Shown here: piece after piece, positions 12,926 to 27,159 of the stretch
Numbering within the stretch: position 1 is the stretch's first letter
Layout: every line of letters begins with the position of its first letter
NCBI RefSeq assembly: GCF_030144855.1
Contig: NC_082725.1
Coordinates: forward strand, 11,532,001 to 11,596,000
Direction: 5' to 3'
Source of the DNA: Hypanus sabinus
Lineage: Eukaryota
DNA length: 64,000 nucleotides
Notes under the pieces: model-generated
Databases searched by the model: none
Seen by the model: only the letters and a program-made list of their open reading frames with translations
Told to the model about the DNA's origin: nothing
Translations under genes and position numbers: made by a program

Positions 12926-13834
12926 TCTGTGTGAAATTTAGTATTAAGTTACTAATAATTTAAAATAAATACAGGCAAAATATAAAATTCTTTATTATAT
13001 GTGTAAGCACAAAAATTTCTGTTTTTTATAATTAAACAGCCATGAACTAAGTAGTATATTTTAGATTCAGACTTTATGTTCTGTGAGATAGAAAAACAAC
13101 AAATATTGAATATCTTGAAAATAAATAATTAAGCATATACATAATATTCATTACAACATATAGTACTAATTAATAGTTTCCTGTGCTTATATCACATTCA
13201 AGATACATACAACATTGGTTACCATAACCAACCTTATTCTTTTCAAAGTTGCAAGTTCATTTATTATCAAAGCATGTAAATTTATTATCAAAGTACATAT
13301 ACAACCTTGAGATTCATCTTCTTACAGGCAGCCACAAAACAAAGAAACACTGTAGAATCCAGAAACAACACCACACAACAAAACTGTCAAACATCCAATG
13401 TGCAAAAGAAAGAACAAATTGTGGAAACAGTAATAAACATTAAGCAGTTACGAACATGAGGCGCAGAATGCATGCTATGGAGCCAGTTCAGCACTGAGAC
13501 AAATACACTCTCCCCAAAATTAATCTTTCTCTCAGATGAAGTGCTGGAGGAACTCAGCAGGTCAGGTAGCATCAATGGAGAAGAATGAACAGTCGATGTT
13601 TCAGGCCAAGAATGCTTCCTCAACGCTGAATGAGTGAAAGTTGACAAAGGTCTACTTCATGGTAAAAAAAGACACAATGAAATATGGAAAGCTTCCTGGC
13701 TTAGACATTCATTTGAGGAATTCACTATCAAGGTCAATGAAATATATTTTAATACCAATCTGCATCACAGTAACTATGGGTAATGTGTGGACCATATGAT
13801 GTACTGTCATACTTCACTTCCTTAAGTATGATTC

Positions 13835-16800
13835 TGTAGCGATATGCTACACACAGCGCTGAAATAACGACATGCAGTCGGTAAATCGTTTCAAGACTAG
13901 TTTATTCAAACTTTGCGGCGCTGGCATTTAATCCCTAGTGCCTGCTCTCTCTGGGCGGAAATGACATCGGAGGTGCATTACCAAAGTCCCCCCACACCCC
14001 GCGCGCTGGCTATTTGTGAGCCGGTTCGCCTGCGAAGAAAGTGGGTCGCCACATAACCACCCCCCAGAACCGGCGATACACCCCCCAATGTCCTCAGTCT
14101 GGATCAGCCTCTGTTTGGGAGGTCTGCCTCTGCGCCGCGGTGCCTGAACCTCGACCGGCTGCGCCAAGCCTACATGGGCTGGTCTGAGTCGGTCCACCAT
14201 GAAAACCTCCTCTTTCCCCCCCAATGTCCAGAACGTACGTGGACCCATTGTTGTTGATCACCCTGAACGGCCCCTCGTACGGCCGCTGTAGCGGTGCCCA
14301 GTGTCCGCCCCTTCATACAAACACAAACTCACAGTTCTGCAGGTCTTTGGGTACATGGGTCGGGGTCCGTCCATGCTGTGAAGTCGGTATGGGGGCCAGG
14401 TTGCCCAGCCTTTCGCGTAGCCTGCCCAGGACTGCTGCGGGTTCTTCCTCTTGCCCCCTTGGGGCTGGTATGAACTCTCCTGTGACGGCCAGGGGCGCGC
14501 CGTACACCAACTCGGCCGACGAGGCGTGCAGATCCTCTTTGGGTGCTTTACGAATTCCAAGCAGGACCCAGGGAAGCTCGTCCACCCAGTTAGGTCCGCT
14601 CAGGCGGGCCATGAGAGCTGACTTCAAGTGACGGTGGAAGCGTTCCACCAGTTCGTTCGATTGTGGGTGGTAGGCTGTTGTGTAGTACAGCTGCATTCCC
14701 AACAGGCTGGAGGTGAACTGGGCGCCTCTGTCGGAGGTAATGTGGGCCGGTACCCCGAAGCGTGCTACCCAAGTTGCAATCAGTACTCGGGCGCAGGAAT
14801 CGGCAGACGTGTCGTTGAGCAGAACCGTCTCTGGCCACCTCGTGAACCGGTCTACCATAGTTAGGAGGTACCGCGCTCCTCAGGACACTGGTAGGGGGCC
14901 CACGATATCCACATAAATGTGGTCGAACCTCCGGTGGGTGGGTTTAAACTGCTGTGGCGGGGCTTTAGTGTGCCGCTGCACCTTGGCTGTTTGGCACGGC
15001 GCGCACATTCTGGCCCATTCACTGACCTGCTTGCGAAGTCTGTGCCACGCGAACTTGCTGGAGACCAGCCGGACGGTTGTCCTGATAGATGGGTGCGGCA
15101 AACCGTGTATGGAGTCGAAAACTCGCCGCCTCCGGGCTGCCGGGACGAAGGGGCAAGGTTGGCCAGTAGCCACGTCACACAGGAGGGTCCTCTCACCTGG
15201 GCCTATGAGAAAGTCTTGCAGCTGCAAACCCGAGACTGCGGTCCTGTAGCTGGACATCTTGTCGTCTGCCTGCTGCGTCTCCGCCAGTGCTGCACAGTCC
15301 ACTCCCAGGGACAGGGCCTGGCCAACTGGTCTGGAGAGTGCGTTCGCCATGACGTTGTCCTTTTCCGAGACATGCTGGATCTCCGTTGTGTACTCGGAGA
15401 TGTAGGACAGATGTCGCTGCTGGCGAGCTGACCAGGGATCGGACACCTTCGTGAACGCAAAGGTCAACGGTTTGTGGTCTGTGAACGTGGTGAACGGCCT
15501 GCCTTCTAAGAAGTACCTGAAATGCCAGATTGCCAGATACAGTGCTAACAGCTCCCAGTCGAAAGCACTGTACTTGAGTTTGGGTGGTCGTAGGTGCTTG
15601 CTGAGGAACGCTAGGGGTTGCCAGCGCCCCTCGATGAGCTGCTCCAGCACCCCACCGACTGCTGTGTCGGATGCGTCCACCGTGAGGGCAGTTGGAACGT
15701 CCGTTCTGGGGTGCAACAGCATCGCGGCATCTGCCAAGGCTTCCTTGGCTTTAACGAAAGCGGCCGCGGCCTCCTCGTCCCAAGTAATGTCCTTGCCTTT
15801 ACCCGACATCAGGGTGTACAAAGGGCACATGATACGGGCTGCTGAGGGGAGGAAATGTTGGTAGAAGTTCACCATACCAATGAACTCCAGCAGGCCTTTG
15901 ACCGTGTTGGGCCGGGCAAAGTGGCAAATCGAGTCTACCTTGGCGGGCAGAGGTGTTGCCCCGTCTTTGGTAATCCTGTGGCCCAGGAAGTCGATGGTAT
16001 CGAGACCGAACTGGCATTTGGCTGGGTTGATCGTGAGGCTGAAATCACTCAGGCGGGAGTAGAGCTGGTGGAGCTGGGACAGATGCTCCTGACGACAACT
16101 GCTGGCTATAAGGATGTCGTCCAAGTAGATGAACGCAAAGTCCAGGTCGCATCCCACCGCGTCCATTAGCTGCTGGAACGTCTGTGCAGCATTCTTCAGG
16201 CCAAACGGCATTTGGAGAAACTCGAACAGGCCAAACGGAGTGATAAGTGCTGTTTTGGGGGATGTCTTCAGGGTGCACCGGGATTTGATGGTATCCCCGG
16301 ACGAGGTCTACTTTGGAAAAGATTCTTGCCTCGTGCAGGTTTGCTGCAAAGTCCTGTATGTGCAGCACAGGGTAGCGGTCTGGAGTTGTAGCCTCATTCA
16401 GTCTGCGGTAGTCGCCGCATGGTCTCCAACCCCCGGCTGCTTTGGACACTATGTGCGGGGGGAGGCCCATCAGCTGTCAGACCTCCATATGATCCCCAAT
16501 TCCTCCATCCTCTTGAACTCCTCCTTCACCAGGCGGAGCTTTTCCGGGGGAAGCCTTCGTGCGCGGGCGTGGAGGGGTGGTCCCTGGGTTGGAATGTGGT
16601 GCTGTACCCCGTGTCTGGGCATGGCTGCCGTGAACTGTGGTGCCAGAAATGATGGAAAGTCCGCCAGGATTCTGGTAAATTCGTTGTCCGACGGTGTGAT
16701 GGAGTCCAGGTGTGGGGCCGGCAACTTGGCTTCACCCAGGGAGAATGTCTGGGAAGTCTCGGCATGTACCAGTCTTTTCCCTTGCAAGTCGACCAGCAGG

Positions 16801-18028
16801 CTGTGAGCTAGCAGGAAGTCTGCCCCCAGGAATGGTTGGGCCACCACGGCCAGTGTGAAGTCCCACATGAACCGGCTGGCGCTGAACTGCAGCTGCACTG
16901 TGCAGGTGCCATAGGTCCATATAGTGCTGCCGTTTGCAGCCTTCAGGGTGGGTCCTGGCTTCCGGTTGCGGGTGTCAAACCCCGTCGGGGGCAAGACACT
17001 GATCTCCACTCTGGTGTCGACCAAGAAGCGGCGTCCCGACTGTTTGTCCCAGACATACAAGAGGCTGTCCTGGTGGCCAGCCACCATAGTCATTAGCAGC
17101 AGCTGGCTCTGGCCCTTGCAGGGCGGGCAACAATGGCAGGCTTTTGTGCCCCACCGCTGGTGGTAGAAACACCACTGTTCATTGACCTCCTCACTCCTGC
17201 CTCGGTGTTGTGTACGCCCCCTACCCCCCGCCGGGCCTGGTCTGGTCTGCTGTTGGGCGCGTGGCCTGGTAATCTGGCTGACGGATGCCACGCTCTCCCT
17301 CTTGGCTTTCCACAGCACATCTGCCCGGGCCGCAACCTTCCGGGAGTCGCTGAAATCTGCGTCGGCCAGCAGCAGATGTATGTCCTCGGGCAGTCGCTCC
17401 AGGAACGCTTGCTCGAACATGAGGCAGGGCTTGTGTCCGTCAGTCAGGGACAGCATCTCGTTCATCAATCCTGACAGCAGTCTGTCTCCCAAACCATCCA
17501 GGTGAAGCAGGCGGGCACTTCACTCAGGCTGTGAGAGGCCAAAGGTCTCAATGAGCAGCGCTTCGAATGCTTCATATTTGCCTTCTTCCGGGGGCGACTG
17601 TATGAAATCCGCAACCTGGGCAGCCGTCTCCTAGTCAAGGGTGCTCACCACAAGATAGTAACACGTGGAATCAGAGGATATCTGCCGAATCTGGAACTGG
17701 GCTTCTGCTTGGCTAAGCGTCCAGAAAGTCCGCAGTTTTAGCAAAACTGAGTGAACAGATGAAGAGTCGGTCATCTTTGGTCCAAATCCTGTTTGGACCG
17801 TCGGGGTCACCAATGTAGCGATGTGCTACACACAGCGCTGAAATAATGACACGCAGTTGGTAAGTCGTTTCGAGACTAGTTTATTCAAACTTAGCGGTGC
17901 TGGCATTTAATCCCTAGCGCCCGCCCTCTCCGGGCGGAAATGACATCAGAGGTGCATTACCAAAGTCTCCCCCCACGCGCTGGCTATTTTGTGAGCCAGT
18001 TCACCTGTGCAGAAAGTGGGTCACCACA
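13835..18028 (-). mobile_element. Full-length but disrupted Gypsy LTR retrotransposon, CsRn1-like
   Basis: LTRs 13835-14053 and 17814-18028 (TG...CA); TSD ATTC; PBS TGGTGACCCCGACG at 17799-17812; PPT next to 14054; Gag, protease, RT (YLDD), RNase H (DAS) and integrase in Gypsy order with stops and frameshifts. Confidence 0.96.
13930..17774 (-). pseudogene. gag-pol of the Gypsy element (broken)
   Basis: ORFs 17631-17813, 16470-17492, 16045-16470, 14880-16211, 14313-14858 and 13928-14248 are consecutive pieces of one polyprotein. Confidence 0.92.
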
Positions 18029-18057
18029 ATTCATTTGAAATTCTTATGAAAATAATC

Positions 18058-18310
18058 ATGGGCATCACGGTAGTGTAGCAGTTAGCGCGACACTATTATG
18101 TATATCTTGGGCCAGCAGAGTTCAGAGTTGAATCCCGGCATTCTCTGTAAAGAGTTTGTACCTTCACCCCATGGAATGGGTGGGTTTGTTCTGGGTGCTC
18201 TGATATCCTCCCAGTCCAAAGATGTACCAGTTAATATGTTAATTGGTCATTGTAAATAGACCTGTGATGAGTTTGGGGTTAAATTGGTGGTGTCGGGATT
18301 TGGTGGGCAA
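18058..18310 (+). mobile_element. V-SINE (HE1-like) copy
   Basis: tRNA-like head (ggtagtgtagcagttagc ... gagttgaatccc) followed by the V-domain. Confidence 0.7.
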
Positions 18311-18894
18311 AGTTCAACGTACAAAGTAAATTTATCATCAAAGTACATCTATATACATATACAACTCTGAGAGTCACTTTCTTGTGAACATACTCATTAA
18401 ATCCAATAACCATAATAGAATTAATGAAAGACCACACCATCAGGGAGGACAACCGATGTACAAAAGACAACAATCTGTGCAAATACAAAAAGAAAGAAAA
18501 AAATGTTCAATAAATATTGAGAGCATGAGATGAAGAGTCCTTGAAAGTGAGTCCATAGGTTGTGGAAATAGTTCAGTGCTGGGACATGTGAAGTTGAGTG
18601 AATTTATCCCCTTTGGTTCAGGAACATGATGTTTGAGTGGTAATAACTGTTTCTGAATCTGAGGGTCTGAGTCCTAAGGCTCCTGTACCTTCTTCCTGAT
18701 AGCAATAATGAGAAGACTGCATGACCTGGATGATGGTGGTCCCTGATGACGGATGCTGGTTTCCTGCAATAACGCTTCAAGTGGATGTGCTCAATAGAGG
18801 GAGAGCTTTATCTGTGATGGACTGGGCTGTACTCACAACTTTTTGTAGGATCTATATCACTGAATCTGTATCTTCTGGGACCCTCCCAAAATTT

Positions 18895-21280
18895 TTTATG
18901 AAGCATCAATTTCATTAATTCCCAAAATAGGAAAAGATTTATCTGAATGTGCCTCTTACAGGCCAATTTCCTTATTAAATGTGGATTCTAAAATTCTTTT
19001 TAAGATTTTGGCTAATACATTTGAGAATGTTTTACCTAAGGTTCTAAGGATCAAACTGGATTTAGTAAGAATAGATATTCATGTTTTAATATTAGGAGAT
19101 ATTGAACATCATTCATTCCTCTTCATCTAAAGAATTTGAATGTGTTGTTTCTCTTGACACAGAGAAAGCCTTAAATAGGACAGAATGGCCCTATTTATTT
19201 GAGGTTTTCGAAAGATTTAATTTTGGTCCAGGTTTTATTTCCTGTATTAAGCCGATTTATCAATCCCCTATGGCAGCAGTTATAACTAACGATAAAATAT
19301 CTTCTTTTTTTAGGTTATATAGAGGTACCAAGCAGGTTTGCCCTTAGTCCGTTGTTATTCAACATGGCTCTAGAACCTCTTGCTATTGCTCTTCAGGACT
19401 CCAATAAGGTTCTAGGTATTAAGAGAGAAGATAAAGTGCATAAGGTTTTGTTGTATGCAGATGACTTGTTAGTTTATATTTCAGATCCTAAGAAATCTAT
19501 TCCTGCTTTGTTATCTATAGTTTCTGAATTTAATAGTTTTTCTGGATATAAATTAAATTTGCACAAAACTGAGTTATTTCCTATTAACAACTATTTCAAT
19601 CAATGTGACAAATTTCCTTTTAGTATTGCTAAAAATAACTGCACTTATCTTGGTATTAAAATTACCAAAAATTTTAACGACCTGTATAAATATAACTTTC
19701 TTCCATTAATTGAGTACACGCAACAAGCAATATCTAAATGGTCTCCTATGACATTATCATTAATTGACTGTATTAATGCTATTAAAATGATAGTGTAACC
19801 AAAGTTTTTATACGTTTTCCAAACAATCCCCTCTTTTGTTCCTAAACTGTTTTTTGATAGAATTGACTCTAAAATTTTATCTTTTACTTGGAATAATAAA
19901 AATCCTAGATTGAGTAAACCTTTATTGCAGAAATTAAAAAAGTATGGTGGTATGGCTTTGCCAAATTTTAGAATGTACTACTGGACAATTAATATTCACT
20001 ATATCTCTTTTTGGATTCAATTTTCAGATGTACATGACTGTCCCTTATGGGTGAGAAAAACTCGGTGAAGGGGTATTCTTTGGTCTCTTTACTGGGAGCT
20101 CCTCTTCCTTTTTTGCTTTCTAAGATTGGTAGTTGAGACCTTAATCCTATTATTAAAGAATTTGGTTTGAGTTTCATAGATCCTTTGACTTGAATAATTT
20201 TGTTCTTTCTAGTAAAATCCATCTTAATTATTTTTTAGACCTTCAATTTTCGATCAGGCCTTTTCAATTTGGAAAATCAAAGGAATAGTAACTTTTTTAG
20301 ATTTATTCATGGGCAATTGTCTAATGTCTTTCACTCAGTTAGTGGATAAATATGACCGATCTAATGTACACTTCTTTAGATATTTACAAATCAGGAATTT
20401 TCTATGTAGTTTACTTGCAGATTTTCCCTTGGCTTATTCACCCAATATTATTGATATTCTTTTTCAGGTCAAACCATTTCAAAAAGGACTGATAGCTATA
20501 ATTTACAAATGGTTATTGAATTTGCGTATGTTATCTAATGATAAAATTAAAGCTGCGTGGGACTTGGAGTTTCGAAAGTCACTTTCAGATAATCAATGGG
20601 ATAAATTTTTTTATTTGGTAAATACTTCTACTTGTGCCCTTGATACAGTTCAAGGCAGTGCATTGGGCGCATATGTCAAAGGACAAACTAGCCTGTATTT
20701 TTTCTAATATTAATCCTATTTGTGATAGATGTAATATTGAGGTGGCTAACACATATGTTCTGGTCTTGTGTCAAGTTAGATCATTTTTGGAAAGAAGTCT
20801 TTAAAACTTTATCAAAAGTCTTGAATTTGGATCTACAACCGAATTTATTTACAGCAATTTTTGAGATTGTTCCATCGGAAGCAGGAGATATTCCTGTTTC
20901 CGCTCAACGGATGATAGCTTTTATAACTTTATTGGCTAGGAGAGTCATTTTGCTTAACTGGAAGGACCCTAATCCACCTACTGCTATTTATTGGCTTACC
21001 TCCATTATGTCCTGTTTAAATTTAGAGAAAATAAAGAAGTTGGATATTTGATGCATCCTTTAAATTTGAGGAAATTTGGTGACCTTTTATTCAATATTTT
21101 CATATGCTCTGACTTATGGTCCTTCCAGTTACCTTTCTGAAGTTTTGGATTTGATCAGAAAGTTTTTCCTTTTTTCTTGCTTTCACTCTAACTTCGAGCT
21201 GCCCAGTTCTCGCTTTTGTTTTTGTTTTTGATTCTTTTTGTGTTTTGGGTTTTTTTGTGTACATTTCAATTATAAAAGTT
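18895..21280 (+). mobile_element. 5'-truncated L1-clade LINE ORF2 remnant
   Basis: SYRPISLLNVDSKIL, VSLDTEKA, RGTKQ.CP, LEPLAIAL, LLYADDLLVY and THMFWSC motifs with many stops; T-rich 3' UTR. Confidence 0.88.
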
Positions 21281-23149
21281 TCATTAAAATACAACACAAG
21301 CGAGTATATTCCAAACAATTTTTTCACCCCGATAACCAATGTGCACTAGGACAGAAGAGATTTAAGGTACTGCTTTTAACCATGGGCCTCCCTTTACAGA
21401 CTTCAGTTCAGAACGCCATTTCCTTGCAGTTATTGTTTTTTTTCTCTCTGCACATTGGGTCTTTTTTTTATATGGGTTCTTTTGGGTTTCTTTGTCTTGT
21501 GGCTCCTTATTAGAAAACGAATCTCAATGCTTAATAATATATATATCAATAATAAATGTACTTTGAACTTCTGAACTTTGAGGCAGAAAGCAAGTGGAGA
21601 ATGTGCAGAAATTTCCAATAAAGGAACATTTTAACACATTGTGGAATTGCACAGGTGTTCCTCAGCCCTGAGCTTCCTTGATATCCCGAGTGCAGTCACA
21701 GCTGTTGGCAACTTCTGCAGGTGAGATGATTTTGATTCTGGTCAGGACCAAATTATCTGACTGTCAGTGCTCTGGCAAAATCAGTTCCTGTCTTCCATCA
21801 TTCAATATCACTGGCCAGTGAACATGATTGCTTCAAATTAAGCTCTCTGATTGGACAGGATTAGAAATTAAGGAGGGGTAAGAAACAGGACCTAGTGACA
21901 ACAAAACCCTCTCTGTGAAAGAAAAGCACATCTGACATTCCCTTGTAGGAAAGAAGAGAGTGAATATCAGAGCTAAGTTTTTTATACAGAGTGGTGGGTA
22001 TGTGGAACTTATGGTAGAAGCAGATACATTAGGGACATTTAAGAAACTCTTAGGTAGGCACAGGATGATGGAAAAATTAAGGGCAGTGTAGTTGGGGAGT
22101 GTCAGAGTGATCTTAGAGTAAGATTTGGCACAATATTGTGGGCTAAGAGCCTGTATTGTGCTGTACTGTTCTATGTTCTATGTTCATTTGATAAGGTGCC
22201 ATGTCAATGATTGTTGCTGGAAACAAAATTTTAGGATATAGCAGGTAATATGGATAAAAGCTCACTAACTAACAACGGACATAATAGCAAAATCTCAGTT
22301 TTGATTACAGGTCTATAAGAACCACCCAAATAAGGAGCGACAATGGAAAAGCAGGCACAAACACATTTGTCGGCTTCTCCAACCAATCAATCTGGAAAAT
22401 CCCACAGGGAGTCTCCATAAGGAGTTTAAGTTATGATTTTGAAAACCAAAAACTCATCTCCTGAGGGACCTTAAGCACCTCAATGGATAAGCCCCAGCCT
22501 CATAGGAGAATTATTATTAATTCAAACAAACAAAATCAAATGAAAGCTGTTGCCTTTGTTAAGAACCCTTTGCTATATGATTTTGAAACATAATTTCCTA
22601 TTAAAGATGGTGGAGGGTGACTTTATAATAAATCCTAAAATGTTCAATCATCACGCATCTTTCAGACAATTTGTTTTTGTGAAGGGCCAAATAAAGTAAT
22701 TCAAAGTTTCACACACAAAATGCTGAAGAAACTCAGCAAGTCAGGCAGCATCTATGGAAAAGAGTACAGTCTCATTTCAGGCCAAGACACCTCAGCAGGA
22801 CTGGAGAAAAAAAGGTGAGGAGTAGAGTAGAGTTAAAAGGTTTATTTATTAAAATACAACGCAGAATAGGCCTTTCCGGCTCTATGAGCTGTAACTCCCT
22901 AATTTAATCCCAGCCTTATCATGGGACGATTTACAATGACCAATTAGCCTACCAACAAGTATGTCTTTAAACTGTGGGAGGAAATGGAAACACCCTAAGA
23001 ACACCTACATGGTTGTGAGGAGAATTTACAAACTCCTTATAGGCAGAGGTGTGCATTGAACCCGGGTTGCTGATAGTGTAAATTGTTGTGCTAAGCAGTA
23101 TACTACCCTGCCGCTGGTTATGGAAGAAGTAACGTTTTCAAAGTTTGTG

Positions 23150-26100
23150 GTTTAGAATTGAATTACAGTTATTTCAACACTAGGAGTATTATAGGTAAGG
23201 AGGATGAATTTAGGGCCTAAATCTGTACATAGTAATGTGGTTGAAACCTGGCTGTATGGGTGACAGGACAGCAGCTCAATATTCCTGAGGCTCTCGCCCC
23301 AAAACTCTTCCTTTTATTCTCTTGCATAGATGCTGCCTGACCTGCTGAGTTTTGTGTGTGTTGCTCAAGATTTCCAGCGTCTGTGGAATCTCTGGTGTTT
23401 ATGAATCATGGGTTATTTTAGGTGTGATAGAGTGGCAGTTAAGAGAGGAGGAGGGGTGGCTCCACTGATGAGGGAGAATGTCACTGCAGTACTCCGAGAG
23501 GACACACTCGAGGGTTCATCCACAGAGACAATTTGGGTGGAGCTCAAAAATAAAAAAGGAGCAATTACACTGAAAGGATTATACCAACATTTGTTTGTTT
23601 CTTATGTGTGGTCATGGTCTTTCCATGACCATGATTATTCTTGGCAAATTTTTCTACAGAAGTGTTTTGCCATCGCCTTCTTCTGGGTAGTGTCTTCACA
23701 AGATGGGTGACCACCCTGCCCCGCCCCTACCCAACCCATTATCAATGCTCTTCAGAGATTGTCTGCCTTAAGTTAGCGATCGCATAACCAGGAATTGTGA
23801 TATGCTCCTCCTGCTCCCATCACTTTATGTGAGCCTGATCAGGGGGTTAAGCGGGTGTTATACCTTGCCCAAGGGTGACCTGCAGGCTAGCAGAGGGAAG
23901 GAGTGCCTTAAACCTCCTTTGGTAGAGATGTATCTCTACCCCACCCTCCAGATATACTATTGGCCCTTCAAAAGCCACTGGGATGTGGAGGAACAGATAT
24001 GTAGATAGATTATGGAAATATGCAGAAACAACAGGGTTGCTTTGTGGGGAATTTTATCTTTCCCAGTATTAATCGGAGCTTCTTTAATACACAAAACTTA
24101 GATAGGGTAGGATTTCTTCATTGCATTGGAGAGGGATTCTTGGAACAGTTTGCAGAATTCAACTCGAAGGAACATATTGGGCCTGGAAATGAGCCAGGCC
24201 AGGTGACAGACCTAGCCTAGGTCTTTCTGGGAATAGTGACCAGAACTTCGTTATAAGATAGTTATGAGTTAGGATAAAATTGGATCTTTTAGAAGGTACT
24301 AAAATGGGGGAGGGCAGCCATTGCTCATGAACCAGATCCCCAGCTATGGGTAAAGCCCCACTGATTACTGGACAGCCTTCAGGGAGACGAAGTAGTGGAG
24401 CTGTTAAGGCAATTGGACATCAATGAACATCCTTCCGATAGATCCTGCAGCCAAGCTGGTGCCAAACATATTGCTTATCTTTCCTTTGGACTACAGCGGT
24501 GAGGCCAAGAGAGGAATCTTGATGATTGGGCATCCCAAGATTTCCATACTTTCCGACCAGACTTGCTCCCTGGAGAGGTCACTCCAGTGCTGCTGTTCTC
24601 AGTGACAGAATGGACTAACCCAGAGCGCACACTATATCTCCATTATCCTTCAATAGGGTGCCATCATTTTACAGCAGGGTAAGACAGGAGCTTCGTGGTG
24701 TTGATTGGGAGACAAGTCCACATCAGACGTATGGAATTTGCTTAAATGCCAGCTGATCACAGTTCAGGATTGGCGTGTTCTGGCAAGGAGTGAGGACAAG
24801 GATGGAAGGTAAGGAAACCTTGGATGACCTGAGAGGTCCCATATTTAGTCAGGAAGGAAAAGGAAGCATAAGTAGGTTCAGAAAGCTAAAATCAGGCTGG
24901 GTGCTTCAGACCCTACAGAGGATAGTAAAAACTGGTTAGGGGATCACTGGCTCTCCTCCCCCGTATTTGTGACATTTTCCAGGAGCGTTGTGTGAGAAGG
25001 GCCTGAAGCATTGTTGAGGATCCCTACCACCCATTCCACAAATCTCTTTAACCCAGTACTGTCAGGGAGGAGGTACAGGAGCATCAGGTCTACAACTGCC
25101 AGACCCAGTAACACTGGTGAGATTAGTGAATACCCTGCCACCACTGAGGCGTTGTCACTAGGACAGTGACCTCGTGCTGGTTACCTGTGCTGCGCACTTT
25201 GAATTATATTTTATTAACTTACTTGTGGTAACATTTTGTTTTATGTGCTGTGTGTGATATGTTTTGTGGGTGCACCCACAAGAGGCATGTTGTTCCGTTT
25301 GGCTGTATATACATAAAGGCAGATGACAATAAACTTGATCTTGAACTTGTGGAATATAAAGATAGCGGGGACATGTTCAAGCAGAGGTTTATGAACACCA
25401 AAAGGGGTCATGGAATGTCTTTGGTGAGCAGGATCAAGGCATTTTATACATTCTGTATTAAGAAAAAGAGGATAAATAAGGAGAATGTAGGTCCACTCAA
25501 GAAAAGGAGAGGGAATTTGTGTTTGGAATCAGATCCAGCAGTTGAGGTACAAAACAAATACTTTTTGTGTCACTGTTTACTAAGGAGGATAGTGAAAGCA
25601 GAAAAGCAGAGTGCGTCATGCCAATGGGCTGGGAAATTTTGTGATTAAGGAGGAGGTAGTGCTGGGTCTTTTGAAAAGCTTTAAGGTGGCTGAGTCTCTA
25701 AGGCCTGATTGCATGTATTCCAGAATATTGAAATAATCAAATGAAGAAACAGCGGGTGCTTTGACAAAGATCCTCGAGTCCTCATAAGCAACAGGCAAGG
25801 TCCCAGAGGACTGGACAGTAGCAAATATTGAGCCTTTATGTCAATTAGGTAATTATAGGCCAATGAGTCTCATATCAGTGGTAGATAAACTATGGCAGAG
25901 GATACTGAGGGATAGAAATGAGGAAAATTATGGCCTGCTTAAGGATAGTTGGCATAGCTTGTTGAAAGGCAGGTCATGCCTTAGAAACTTTATAGATTTA
26001 TTTTAAGTAAGTGACAAAGCAATTTGAAAAGAGCAGAACGGTGGGGGTCATCCACATAGACTTTAGTAAGGCTGTTTATATGGTCTCATATGGTATGTGA

Positions 26101-27150
26101 TTCAGAAGATAAAAGATGCAGGGGATCCAGGCTGAATTGTAAGTTTGGATTTGGAACTGGCTTGCCCATAGAGGGCTGAGTAGGGGAGAGTAGAGGTGAT
26201 AGGATATTATCTTGGTTGGAGGTCCGTTACCAGTGATGTTCTACAGGGATTGATGCTGGGACCTCTGTGATGTATTGATTTGAATGAAAATGTAGATAGG
26301 TGGATTAGCAAGTTTGCAGATGACACCAAGATTGTTGGAGTTGTGGTAAGTATGAAGGAATACCATAGAATACAGTATGATATAGATCACCTATAGATGT
26401 GAGTGGAGAAGTGGCAGATGATATTTAATCTGGGGGTCTTACAATTTGGAAGGTCAAATAAAAGGAGTAAGTATAGTTAATTTTATTGGAAATGAGGACC
26501 CTGACCCACACCTAGGGCACCATAGAGTAGATGGCCAAGGACAGACAGAGATGGAGGACGAGACAAAGTTTGTTGTCCTAAATGCCAGCGGCGTGACAAG
26601 CATTTACTAACTAATGGTATTAATAGCACTGGGATACAAAGGATCTTGAACTCCAAGTCCATTGTTCACTGGAAGTGGTTATGCAAGTAGATAAGGTAGT
26701 ACCAAAGGTGGATGGCTTGTTTGCCTTCTTTGGGTGGGGGGGGGGGGGCTTTTGAGTACAAGAGCAAAGGAAGTCATGCCACAGCAATATAAAACTTCAG
26801 TCACACTGCACTTGAAGTATTGTGTGCAGTTCTGGTTGCCCCATTACGGGAAGAATGTGTAAAATGTGCAATAGAGGTTTGTCAGGGTGCTGCCTAGATT
26901 ACAGAAGTTTATTTTTAAATCATGAGAGGTATAGTTAGAGCACATGGTCAGATTTTTTTCACCAGGATAGAACAGAGGATGTGCTTCTAAGGTTAGATGG
27001 GTAATGTTAAAAGGGGATGCAAGGAACGTTTTCAACGCAGAGAAGGGAAGGTACCTAGTATGGGTTACGACGGGTAACAGTGGAAGTAGGCAGTTTGGTG
27101 GAGCTTAGGTTTATAGATAACCATGAAAATGAAGGGAATGGAGGGACTTT
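23150..27150 (+). mobile_element. Old long CR1 LINE with several nested insertions
   Basis: Endonuclease motif GYFRCDR..RGGGVA and RT motifs KFADDTK and YCVQFW; interrupted near 23290, 23590-23945, 24316-24760, 24940-25350 and 26490-26612. Confidence 0.75.
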
Positions 27151-27159
27151 AATAATAGT

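Noticed and set aside
14224-17505. Many plus-strand ORFs over the Gypsy element
   Set aside because: Antisense shadows of GC-rich gag-pol.
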